A stretch of 64,000 nt of DNA from Bacteroidota bacterium (GTDB taxonomy: Bacteria; Bacteroidota; Ignavibacteria; UBA10030; UBA6906). Numbering within the stretch: position 1 is the stretch's first letter; each line of letters starts with the position of its first letter. This document shows, piece after piece, positions 41,421-50,033 of the stretch. The notes under the pieces were generated by a model that was not told the DNA's origin, did not search any database, and saw nothing but the letters and a program-made list of their open reading frames with translations. The stretch covers positions 8,696 to 72,695 of the forward strand of contig DASRUE010000106.1 of the NCBI GenBank assembly GCA_035687895.1. Direction: 5' to 3'. A program made the translations under genes and the position numbers.

Positions 41421-42527
41421 ATGGTCGACGATAGGTCGTTCAGGATCGTCTTTGCAGGAGGTGGCACGGGTGGACATTTGTTTCCTGCCATTGCCATTGC
41501 TGACGAGATCAAGCGTGAGAGGCAAGATGCTGAGATCACATTCATCGGGACAAAGGAGAGGATCGAGGCGAGAGTGATTCCAGCCCATGGTTACCATTTC
41601 GCGCCGATCATCGTCAGCGGGTTCCGCCGGAGGTTGACCGTGGGGAACCTCCTTTTTCCGTTCAAAGTGCTGGTGGGGCTGGTGCAGTCGTTCACTCTCA
41701 TGCGGAAGCTCAGGCCGGATGTAGTTGTGGGAACAGGCGGGTACGTCTGCGGACCACCACTTTACGCGGCATCGGTTCTGGGAATCCCGACGGTGATCCA
41801 GGAACAGAACAGTTATCCGGGTGTGACCACGCGACTTCTCGCGCGCCGAGCCACTGAAGTGCACCTGACGTTTGAGAGCTCAAAGAAGTACTTCCCGCGT
41901 CAGGATAACCTCCATGTGAGCGGCAATCCGACGCGGAGCACCGTTGGGACTATAACAAGAGAAGAAGGTATTCGCCGGTTCGGGCTGGATCCGGAGCGAA
42001 AAACACTACTGGTCTTCGGCGGGAGCCTTGGTGCAACATCCATCAATAATGCGATGATGAGAATACTGCCGGAGCTGGCTGACACAATGCAGGTTCTCTG
42101 GCAAACCGGCGAAAGCGATTATGAGCGGGCCAGCGCAGCGACCTCCACATCCCCGTCGAGAATGGTGAAGGTGTTCAAATTCATCGAACAGATGGCATAC
42201 GCATATGCGGCGTGCGACCTTGCCGTTTGCCGCGCTGGGGCGACAACGGTGGCTGAACTCGCTCGCGCAGGCGTGCCGGCGATTCTCGTCCCTTATCCCT
42301 ATGCTGCTGCCGACCATCAGACCGAAAATGCAAGAGCCATGGTGGAAACCGGGGCTGCAGTGTTGATCGCTGACTACGACCTGCAGACACAGTTGGGGGA
42401 CACCGTGAACACCCTGATGCGCAGCGCTGAACGTCGTTCAGGTATGGTGGACCGTGCACGCTCGCTGGTCCAGGGGGACGCGGCCCGGATCATCGCGCAG
42501 GCAATTCTTCGGCTCATCAAGAATTGA
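41421..42527 (+). CDS. murG: UDP-N-acetylglucosamine--N-acetylmuramyl-(pentapeptide) pyrophosphoryl-undecaprenol N-acetylglucosamine transferase
   Basis: N-terminal FAGGGTGGHLFPAIAIADE is the MurG GT28 signature. ATG at 41421 lies 3 nt after the ftsW stop; the track start 41181 lies inside ftsW. Confidence 0.9.
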   Translation: MVDDRSFRIVFAGGGTGGHLFPAIAIADEIKRERQDAEITFIGTKERIEARVIPAHGYHFAPIIVSGFRRRLTVGNLLFPFKVLVGLVQSFTLMRKLRPDVVVGTGGYVCGPPLYAASVLGIPTVIQEQNSYPGVTTRLLARRATEVHLTFESSKKYFPRQDNLHVSGNPTRSTVGTITREEGIRRFGLDPERKTLLVFGGSLGATSINNAMMRILPELADTMQVLWQTGESDYERASAATSTSPSRMVKVFKFIEQMAYAYAACDLAVCRAGATTVAELARAGVPAILVPYPYAAADHQTENARAMVETGAAVLIADYDLQTQLGDTVNTLMRSAERRSGMVDRARSLVQGDAARIIAQAILRLIKN

Positions 42528-42528
42528 G

Positions 42529-43035
42529 ATGACAGAACCGGAAAAGGTATTCAAATACAAACTGGACTTCTACTATCAGTCGGCGTTGATGTATCTGGTT
42601 ACCCTGATCCTCTACGGGGGGATCCGCGGGAATTTTGTAGAGGCAAAGTTCGAATATGTGCTCAATGACCCGGTGATGTACGTGATCATCTTCTTCGTGG
42701 TAATGTCGTTCGCGACTCTCGCGCTGAACTACATTCGCAACCGGCGGATCGTCATCGCCGGGGACAACATCATCTTTAGGCATCGGTGGCATGAGCGAAA
42801 AATCACGGCGGACAAGATCGAGTGGGTTCATATCGGACGGGAAGTCGGTGTGCAAACAAGCGGACGCTTTCAGGCTATCATCTTCAAGCTGAAAGGGCGG
42901 CGGCGACTATTTAGGATACGTGTAGGGAGATACGAACGGGAGAAAGAACTGGTCCTGGAAGTCAATAGAATCGCAGTACATCTGCCAAAACGGAAACACA
43001 GGCGGTGGCGGCGACCACGAGTGACCGATACGTAA
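42529..43035 (+). CDS. small two-TM membrane protein with a basic C-terminal tail (possibly bacterial PH/DUF304-like), inserted between murG and murC
   Basis: ATG at 42529 is coupled to the murG stop (TGAGATG). Two hydrophobic helices (LMYLVTLILYGGI and VMYVIIFFVVMSFATLALNYI) are followed by an ~85-aa beta-rich domain and a KRKHRRWRRPR tail. Confidence 0.5.
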   Translation: MTEPEKVFKYKLDFYYQSALMYLVTLILYGGIRGNFVEAKFEYVLNDPVMYVIIFFVVMSFATLALNYIRNRRIVIAGDNIIFRHRWHERKITADKIEWVHIGREVGVQTSGRFQAIIFKLKGRRRLFRIRVGRYEREKELVLEVNRIAVHLPKRKHRRWRRPRVTDT

Positions 43036-43074
43036 GTCTCGTCCGAGCGAGAGCGAGAATTCACAAGGAACCAC

Positions 43075-44463
43075 GTGTTTTCATCGATTAGGAAACTTCA
43101 TTTCGTTGGCATCGGCGGCATCGGGATGAGCGGCATTGCTGAGATCTTGATTGACCAGAAGTTCGTTATCACGGGATCGGACAAGGCGGCAAGCGACAAC
43201 ACAGAGCGCCTCGTCTCGCTTGGCTCGCGTGTCTACATCGGCCACGATGCGAAGAACCTCGAAGCGGACGTGGACGTGTTGGTGTACTCATCGGCAGTAA
43301 CGCCCGACAATCCGGAAGTCGTGGAAGCCCACCGCCGGAAGATTCCTGTCATACGCCGGGCAGAGATGCTGGCTGAAGTGATGCGCTTGAAGTACGGTAT
43401 CGGGATTGCGGGGACGCACGGGAAGACCACGACAACTTCCATGGTGAGCCTTGTACTGATGGAGGGGAATATTGATCCAACCGTAATTGTCGGGGGTCGC
43501 CTGCGCGGCCTTGCTGGATCAAATGCGCGCCTCGGCAAAGGCGATTTCATCGTGGTGGAGGCTGATGAATTCGACCGGTCGTTTCTCTCGATTACACCGA
43601 CGATCGCAGTGTTGACGACACTGGAAACCGATCATCTTGATACGTACCGCGATATTGACGACATCAAAGGGGCATTCATTCAATTCGCGGCCAAAGTCCC
43701 ATTCTACGGGTTTGTCGTTCTGTGTCTTGACGAGCCCGCTCTGCAGGACATCATGCCGAAGATCAAAAAGAAGATCATCACGTACGGCTTAAACGGTCAG
43801 GCAGATCTCCAGGCAGTCGATATCATCCACAAGCAGAACACTTCCCGCTTCGTGGTCGTAAGGGAGGGAAAAGAACTTGGTGCCATTGAACTGCAAATAC
43901 CCGGAAGACACAACATACAGAACGCGCTTGCAGCCGTTGCAGTTGCCCTTGAATTGAAAGTGCCGTTTAACAAGATCAAGACCGGCATTGAGAAATTCAC
44001 CGGCGTATTCCGCCGATGGGAGGTGAAGGCCGAAGTGGACGGAGTCATGGTCGTAGACGACTATGCGCATCATCCTACGGAGATCAAAGCAACCCTGGCC
44101 GGAGCAAAGTCCGGCTGGCGGCGACGTGTGGTGGGCGTGTTTCAACCACACCTCTATTCGCGCACGAGGGACTTCTACGAGGATTTCGGTCGTGCCTTCT
44201 TCAACGCTGACGTTCTTGTAGTCACAGATGTCTATCCGGCGCGGGAAGAACCGATCCAGGGGGTCTCCGGAGAATTGATTGCAAATGCCGCAAAGTCGTT
44301 CGGGCACAAGCAGGTGCACTACGTGGCGGACAAGAAGGATGTTCCCGGGTTTCTCCTCAAGATTCAGCAACCGGCCGACATCATTATTACAATGGGGGCA
44401 GGAGATATCTGGAAGTTCGGGGAAGAGTTCATAAAGCAATTGAAGGCGAAAAAAGGAAAGTAG
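43075..44463 (+). CDS. murC: UDP-N-acetylmuramate--L-alanine ligase
   Basis: HFVGIGGIGMSGIAEIL and GIAGTHGKTTTTSM Mur ligase motifs; GTG start. Confidence 0.9.
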   Translation: MFSSIRKLHFVGIGGIGMSGIAEILIDQKFVITGSDKAASDNTERLVSLGSRVYIGHDAKNLEADVDVLVYSSAVTPDNPEVVEAHRRKIPVIRRAEMLAEVMRLKYGIGIAGTHGKTTTTSMVSLVLMEGNIDPTVIVGGRLRGLAGSNARLGKGDFIVVEADEFDRSFLSITPTIAVLTTLETDHLDTYRDIDDIKGAFIQFAAKVPFYGFVVLCLDEPALQDIMPKIKKKIITYGLNGQADLQAVDIIHKQNTSRFVVVREGKELGAIELQIPGRHNIQNALAAVAVALELKVPFNKIKTGIEKFTGVFRRWEVKAEVDGVMVVDDYAHHPTEIKATLAGAKSGWRRRVVGVFQPHLYSRTRDFYEDFGRAFFNADVLVVTDVYPAREEPIQGVSGELIANAAKSFGHKQVHYVADKKDVPGFLLKIQQPADIIITMGAGDIWKFGEEFIKQLKAKKGK

Positions 44464-44493
44464 AAGAGTGGTACCAGGTCGCGTTCTGAAATC

Positions 44494-45363
44494 TTGCATG
44501 ATGCCATGTCGATAGCGGCTGCAGAGTCCCGACCCAAACGCTCGCGCACGAGCTTCATGCTCATGTTCTTTCTCTTTGTGGGAGTTGGAGGCGCCGCGGT
44601 GTGGGCGAATCTTTGGAAGGAAGACCTTCGGGTGCTTGATGTGCAGGTGAAAGGAAACGGTATTGTCAGTGCGAAAGAAATCGTCTCGTTGGCCGGGGTT
44701 GCAAAGGGTGAGAAACTGTTTGGGGTGGATTTGTTTGCCGCGCAAGAGCGGATTATGAAGAATCAGTTTTTGCGGTCTGCATCGGTAAACCGCGAGGCTC
44801 CGGGCCGGGTTTCGATCACGGTGGAAGAGCGCGTCCCGATCGCCTCCGCGGTCATGGACCGGATTCTGTATCTCGATGCTGAAGGTTACGTTCTTCCCCC
44901 GGCGGTCTCAGAGCACATCTTCGACCTGCCGGTGGTAACCGGAACACTCTCATCGGCAGAATTTCGGCCTGGTGAACAGATCAGCAGTGAGTCCGCAAAA
45001 GAAGGGATAGCGATACTTGCGATTGCGCTGGTCCTGGACGACGAATTGTATCGACGGATCTCCGAGGTTCGCGTGGAGGAAGGTAAGGATATCATTGCTT
45101 ATACGGCGGAGGCTGGTGTGCCGGTGATTTTCGGCCGAGGTGACACAGGTATGAAGTTGGTCAAGTTCGACGCGTTCTGGAAGCAGTTCGTCGCGACACA
45201 TGGCGCGCACGAGCTGGAGTATATCGATCTCCGGTTCGCAGACCAGGTAGTGGTCCGTTGGAACCACGATAAGGAAGAAACAAGAGCAACCCGGAATGCA
45301 CCCCGGGTGGATGTGAAACGCAAAGGGAGCGCGCTCATCCTTCCTGCGGCAGTCATTCGATGA
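44494..45363 (+). CDS. ftsQ: cell division protein FtsQ (TM plus POTRA)
   Basis: Basic N-terminus, a single TM helix (FMLMFFLFVGVGGAAVWA), and POTRA-like ..VLDVQVKGNGIVSAKEI... TTG at 44494; an alternative ATG is at 44506. Confidence 0.75.
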   Translation: MHDAMSIAAAESRPKRSRTSFMLMFFLFVGVGGAAVWANLWKEDLRVLDVQVKGNGIVSAKEIVSLAGVAKGEKLFGVDLFAAQERIMKNQFLRSASVNREAPGRVSITVEERVPIASAVMDRILYLDAEGYVLPPAVSEHIFDLPVVTGTLSSAEFRPGEQISSESAKEGIAILAIALVLDDELYRRISEVRVEEGKDIIAYTAEAGVPVIFGRGDTGMKLVKFDAFWKQFVATHGAHELEYIDLRFADQVVVRWNHDKEETRATRNAPRVDVKRKGSALILPAAVIR

Positions 45364-45421
45364 TGCCGCCGGAGGCTGAAACGCCCCTCCACGATTGTTC
45401 TACCTTCACGAAGGAATGAAA

Positions 45422-46657
45422 ATGGATAATATCATTGTTGGTCTCGACATCGGGACCACCAAAGTTTGCGCAGTCGTTGCCGGGGCGGATGAGAATGGGC
45501 GGATGAACATCCTCGGCGTCGGCCGAAGCCCGGCGGAAGGAATGATGCGTGGCGTGGTGACGCACATCGACAAGACCATCAAGTCGATCACAAATGCCGT
45601 CGCCGAAGCGCAATCACAATCGGGCGTGGTGATCAAGTCGGTCATCGTTGGAATTGCCGGTGACCACATCCAGAGCTTCCAGAGCCGCGGCGTCATCGGC
45701 ATCAGCGGACCGGACCACGAGGTGACGCAGGCCGACATTGACCGGCTGATCGAGGATACCAAGCGTGTCGCACTCCCGTCCGATCGGAAAATTATCCACG
45801 TCATTCCCCAGGAGTTTATCATTGATGGGCAGGATGGCGTATATGATCCGCTCGGCATGTCTGGCGTGAGGATGGAGGCCAATGTCCACATCATTACCGG
45901 ATTGGTCAGCGCAGCACAGAATATCTACAAGTGCGTCCAACGAGCGGGTCTGGAAGTGAGCGATATGGTGTTAGAGCCACTTGCCTCGAGCTATGCCGTT
46001 CTTGATGATGAGGAAAAAGAAGTAGGGATCGCATTACTGGATGTTGGCGGGGGAACAACCGACCTTGCGGTGTTTGAAGAGCGAACAATCCGTCACACAG
46101 CGGTCATCGGAATTGCGGGGCGGAAAGTGACGGACGATATTCGCAAGGGTCTCGGCATACTCAACGAGCAGGCAGAGAAGTTGAAGAAAGATCACGGCTA
46201 TGCCTACGTTCCGGCAGTCCCGAGCAGTGAACCCATCATTCTCCCCGGTGTTGGCGGGCGTGCACCGATTGAGATCGACAAGCGCCTCCTGGCACAGATC
46301 ATCCAGCCACGGATGGAAGAGATCTTCGAGATTGCAGCTCTTGAGATCAAGCGCTCTGGCTACTCCAAGCACCTTTCCGGTGGTGTCGTTCTGACCGGAG
46401 GGGGTGCCCTTATCCGGGGAACGTCCGAATTGGCACAGGAAGTCCTGGGGATGCCGGTGAAGATCGGCATACCCACCGGGTTCTCCGGCGGACTCGTACG
46501 CGAGGTTGAGCATCCCGCCTATTCCACAGCGGTCGGCCTGGTGTATCACGGGTTCAAGCATCAGGATCGGAGCGGCGTTGCTCAACCAACCGGCACACGG
46601 GGAAAATCCGTGAGTGGCATGGCAAGGAAAATGAAAGAATGGTTCGACCAATTGTAA
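45422..46657 (+). CDS. ftsA: cell division protein FtsA
   Basis: Actin-like ATPase: N-terminal MDNIIVGLDIGTTKVCAVV, ..LDVGGGTTDLAVF... ATG at 45422 with GAAGGAA 7-12 nt upstream; the track TTG at 45395 is in frame. Confidence 0.9.
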   Translation: MDNIIVGLDIGTTKVCAVVAGADENGRMNILGVGRSPAEGMMRGVVTHIDKTIKSITNAVAEAQSQSGVVIKSVIVGIAGDHIQSFQSRGVIGISGPDHEVTQADIDRLIEDTKRVALPSDRKIIHVIPQEFIIDGQDGVYDPLGMSGVRMEANVHIITGLVSAAQNIYKCVQRAGLEVSDMVLEPLASSYAVLDDEEKEVGIALLDVGGGTTDLAVFEERTIRHTAVIGIAGRKVTDDIRKGLGILNEQAEKLKKDHGYAYVPAVPSSEPIILPGVGGRAPIEIDKRLLAQIIQPRMEEIFEIAALEIKRSGYSKHLSGGVVLTGGGALIRGTSELAQEVLGMPVKIGIPTGFSGGLVREVEHPAYSTAVGLVYHGFKHQDRSGVAQPTGTRGKSVSGMARKMKEWFDQL

Positions 46658-46723
46658 CACAGAAGTGAAAGCACAACAAGTGTATCATTATTCCATCCCA
46701 CCAAACAGAAGGAGACACAACCA

Positions 46724-47902
46724 ATGATCGAACTCGATTACGGCCTCGATCGTGGAGCAAAGATTCGTGTGGTCGGCGTCGGCGGCGGCGGCGGCAATGC
46801 GATCACCAGCATGATCCGGAAAGGGTTGCACGGCGTGGATTTCTTTGCCGTTAATACAGACTTGCAGGCGCTGGAACGGAATGAAGCGCCAAACAAGATC
46901 CAGATCGGCAAGAACCTGACCCGCGGCCTCGGTGCAGGAGCGGACCCGTCGGTCGGACATCGCGCCGTCGAAGAAGATCGCGATGAGATTGCACGTGCCA
47001 TGTCGGGAAGCGACATGGTGTTTGTGACGGCCGGGATGGGAGGTGGCACTGGCACCGGCGGTGGCCCGCTTGTGGCAAATATCGCAAAGAGTGTAGGTGC
47101 CCTTGTCGTGGGAATCGTGACGAGGCCGTTCAACTGTGAAGGGAAGAAGCGGATGGCGCAGGCGGAAATGGGACTTGAAGAGTTGAAGAAGCAGGTTGAT
47201 ACATTGATCATCATCCCGAATCAGAAACTCCTCTCCATTGTTGAACGAAACACGCCGCTCCAGGAAGCTTTTGACATTGCGAACCAGGTTCTGTACGGGG
47301 CAACGCGTGGGATCTCGGAGTTGATTACCGTGCCGGGACTCATCAACGTCGATTTTGCCGACGTTCGGACAGTGATGAAGGAGATGGGCGATGCGGTAAT
47401 GGGCTCGGGTGTTGCGAAGGGAGAGAACCGTGCAGTTGAGGCCGCGCACCTTGCAATCTCCAGTCCGTTGCTGGAGGACATTTCCATCTCTGGCGCGCAG
47501 GGAGTGCTCGTGAACATCACAGGCGGTACATCAATGTCGCTTGTGGAGATTGACGAGGCCACCGAGATCATCCATGAAGCGGCCGGGGAGGATGCGAATG
47601 TCATCCTCGGTGCTGTAGTGGATCAGGATATGGACGAAGAGATCATGGTCACCGTGATTGCTACTGGCTTCAACAAGCGGGGGGGCTCGGGCTTCGCCAC
47701 AGGACGACCAACGAAGAGCGTTCGTCTCATCGATCGCATCCCCACCGGCGCCCAAGAGCTGCAGAAGCTTGACGAACCGGCGTTCTCGCGGCGGGGCGTG
47801 GACATCGCTATTCCGTATCGAGGTGATGAGCACGGCGGTCGCGAGAAAATCGACAAGGGAGACCCCGAAAAACCAGCGTTCCTCAGAAAGATCATGGACT
47901 AG
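46724..47902 (+). CDS. ftsZ: cell division GTPase FtsZ
   Basis: Tubulin signature GGGTGTG (VFVTAGMGGGTGTGGGP) and GVGGGGGNAI; SD AAGGAGA upstream. Confidence 0.95.
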   Translation: MIELDYGLDRGAKIRVVGVGGGGGNAITSMIRKGLHGVDFFAVNTDLQALERNEAPNKIQIGKNLTRGLGAGADPSVGHRAVEEDRDEIARAMSGSDMVFVTAGMGGGTGTGGGPLVANIAKSVGALVVGIVTRPFNCEGKKRMAQAEMGLEELKKQVDTLIIIPNQKLLSIVERNTPLQEAFDIANQVLYGATRGISELITVPGLINVDFADVRTVMKEMGDAVMGSGVAKGENRAVEAAHLAISSPLLEDISISGAQGVLVNITGGTSMSLVEIDEATEIIHEAAGEDANVILGAVVDQDMDEEIMVTVIATGFNKRGGSGFATGRPTKSVRLIDRIPTGAQELQKLDEPAFSRRGVDIAIPYRGDEHGGREKIDKGDPEKPAFLRKIMD

Positions 47903-47930
47903 AAGACGTATCAGAAGGAATCACTTCCTG

Positions 47931-47970
47931 AAGGCCCGCTCATTCTTGGGCGGGCCTCTTCGTTTCTTCC
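47931..47970 (+). terminator. candidate terminator after ftsZ
   Basis: GGCCCGC-tcattcttg-GCGGGCC hairpin followed by a U-rich tract (tcttcgtttcttcc). Confidence 0.4.
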
Positions 47971-48033
47971 ATTGATTGTCTGCGGGAATCTCGCGACCGT
48001 TCACGTACCTGTTGAATCTCATTACAAACCACA

Positions 48034-49308
48034 ATGGACCTTTCCCCATCTCGAAATATAGCGGTCTCGCTTCTCTTCTGCATTGCCGTCGCATTGTCCA
48101 TGACATTCTCTCAGTTCATTTTTCCACAAGTGTCGGATCCTCTTGGCAGCGAAGTCGGAACCGATGGGTATGATCGTCTTGGCAGAAGTATCTACGCTCT
48201 GGGCGCATTCTCCTACTATCCCGATCAACAGCCAACCGTTATGAGGGGACCGGGATATCCAGCGCTTATTGCTCTCGTTCTTGCCATATGCGAAAGTTGC
48301 TACCCCGTTTCCGTTCAGTTGGTACAGGCTGTTCTTCACGGGTTTACTTGTGTTATGGTTTTCCTCATCGGTCTGAAACTGCTTGACCGCCGAAGGGCTT
48401 TTATTGCGTCGTTGCTCTGTGCCGGATACCCCTCACTGATCTGGTACTCCGCCAGAGTGGTGACTGAGACGTTTTCGGTATTCCTCTTTACCTTGGTTGT
48501 GTTCTTGATTCTCTTTCTTCAGGAAAAACCATCAGCAGTCAGGATCATTCTGCTCGGCATTGCTTTGGGGATAAGTTCGCTGGTGAGGCAAGTCTTTCTC
48601 CCCTTGGCCTTCGTTACCCCGATGCTTCTCTTTGTTGCTCTCGGATCTCAGCAACGAATCCGTAGCGCCGCCGGTGTACTCATGGTTGCCAGCCTCATCA
48701 TCATCCCATGGACGATGAGAAACGCGCTCGTTGCCGATCGCTTTGTTGCTGTGCATGGTTTATCGGGTTACAACGCCCAGGTGGGAGACTATGTGACCGA
48801 GCATCTGACTGAGTCTCCATTCGGTTATCTGATGCTCGTTCTGGCGTCGGACGCAAGTCATCGTGACACCGGCTCGTACATCTGGCTGCGGGAAGCCGAT
48901 GCGCAGAGCGGGGCGGCACAGGATCACAAACTTCTCATGACGTCCCTCCAAAGATACATACACGATCCGGTCTTCTTTCTTCGCAAGATTGCACTGAATG
49001 CATTGCTCTTTTGGGGATACGGCAGCGCGCCGACGCAAACATTTGCATTTATGGTGCTTCAGATACCGCTCGCCCTCGCCTTTTTCATCGGAGCTTCGCG
49101 GCTCATCAAGAGAGACGGACTATCAAAGCTCTCCGCAACGCCCGTGTGGCTCGCTGCGGTGTATTACCTCGGGCATCTGCCATTCTTTGCCATAGCCCGT
49201 TACGGTGTCGTGTTGATTCCCACAATGCTGATTTATGCAGCTTCGTTGATTGGGGATCGAGAACGGACGGGTGAAATCAGCAGAGTTGATTCTTCTCCCC
49301 ACCTTTGA
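48034..49308 (+). CDS. GT39/GT83-like (ArnT/PMT family) polytopic membrane glycosyltransferase
   Basis: 424 aa with 10 or more TM helices. A conserved acidic loop near the N-terminus (..DPLGSEVGTDGYDRLG..) and overall hydropathy resemble ArnT/PMT_2 family transferases. Confidence 0.65.
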   Translation: MDLSPSRNIAVSLLFCIAVALSMTFSQFIFPQVSDPLGSEVGTDGYDRLGRSIYALGAFSYYPDQQPTVMRGPGYPALIALVLAICESCYPVSVQLVQAVLHGFTCVMVFLIGLKLLDRRRAFIASLLCAGYPSLIWYSARVVTETFSVFLFTLVVFLILFLQEKPSAVRIILLGIALGISSLVRQVFLPLAFVTPMLLFVALGSQQRIRSAAGVLMVASLIIIPWTMRNALVADRFVAVHGLSGYNAQVGDYVTEHLTESPFGYLMLVLASDASHRDTGSYIWLREADAQSGAAQDHKLLMTSLQRYIHDPVFFLRKIALNALLFWGYGSAPTQTFAFMVLQIPLALAFFIGASRLIKRDGLSKLSATPVWLAAVYYLGHLPFFAIARYGVVLIPTMLIYAASLIGDRERTGEISRVDSSPHL

Positions 49309-49351
49309 TACCTTTTATCAATCAACCGTTGTTACAAGGATCTCCAAACAG

Positions 49352-50023
49352 ATGTTTCGAGTCGTTATACTTGTTCTCACGCTACTTGTGGGGTTGCGAG
49401 AGGTCCACTCCCAGCAGGTCCGCGTTACCAGCGCGCTAAAAATTGCCCGATTGAAGTACTCCGGTGGCGGTGATTGGTACAACGATCCTTCGGCGGAAGT
49501 GAATCTCCTGGCATTCGTCCGCCAACACGTGGGCATCGATGTTGAACCACGTTACGAATTTGTGGACATTGCCAGCGAAAACTTCTTTTCCTACCCCATC
49601 GTCTTCTTGACCGGTCACGGGAACATTGTATTGACCGAAACCGAGGTTCGTCGGCTCCGTACCTATCTGGAGAACGGTGGTTTTCTTTTCGCCGATGACG
49701 ACTACGGGATGGACAAAACCTTTCGCCGCGAGATGAGGAAGGTATTTCCCGGCAATCAAATGGTGGAACTCCCTTTTACGCACGGCATCTATCATTCTCA
49801 ATTTGCTTTCCCCGGTGGTCCCCCGAAGATCCACGAACATGATGGCAAACCGGCACAGGGGTTTGGCCTGTTCCACAATGGACGGCTCGTTGTCTACTAT
49901 ACATACGAGACAAATCCTAGCGACGGCTGGGCAGACCCTGATGTTCACAACGATCCGGAGCCCAAACGGCAAGACGCTCTGCGTTTCGGGACCAACATTG
50001 TCGTCTGGGCGTTGACGCACTAA
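49352..50023 (+). CDS. DUF4159-domain protein (secreted)
   Basis: Signal peptide MFRVVILVLTLLVGLREVHSQ; KYSGGGDWYNDPSAE..NLLAFV.. and ..GHGNIVLTETEVRRLRTYLENGGFLFADDDYG.. match the DUF4159 family; ATG at 49352. Confidence 0.65.
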   Translation: MFRVVILVLTLLVGLREVHSQQVRVTSALKIARLKYSGGGDWYNDPSAEVNLLAFVRQHVGIDVEPRYEFVDIASENFFSYPIVFLTGHGNIVLTETEVRRLRTYLENGGFLFADDDYGMDKTFRREMRKVFPGNQMVELPFTHGIYHSQFAFPGGPPKIHEHDGKPAQGFGLFHNGRLVVYYTYETNPSDGWADPDVHNDPEPKRQDALRFGTNIVVWALTH

Positions 50024-50033
50024 AGGCCTCGGC

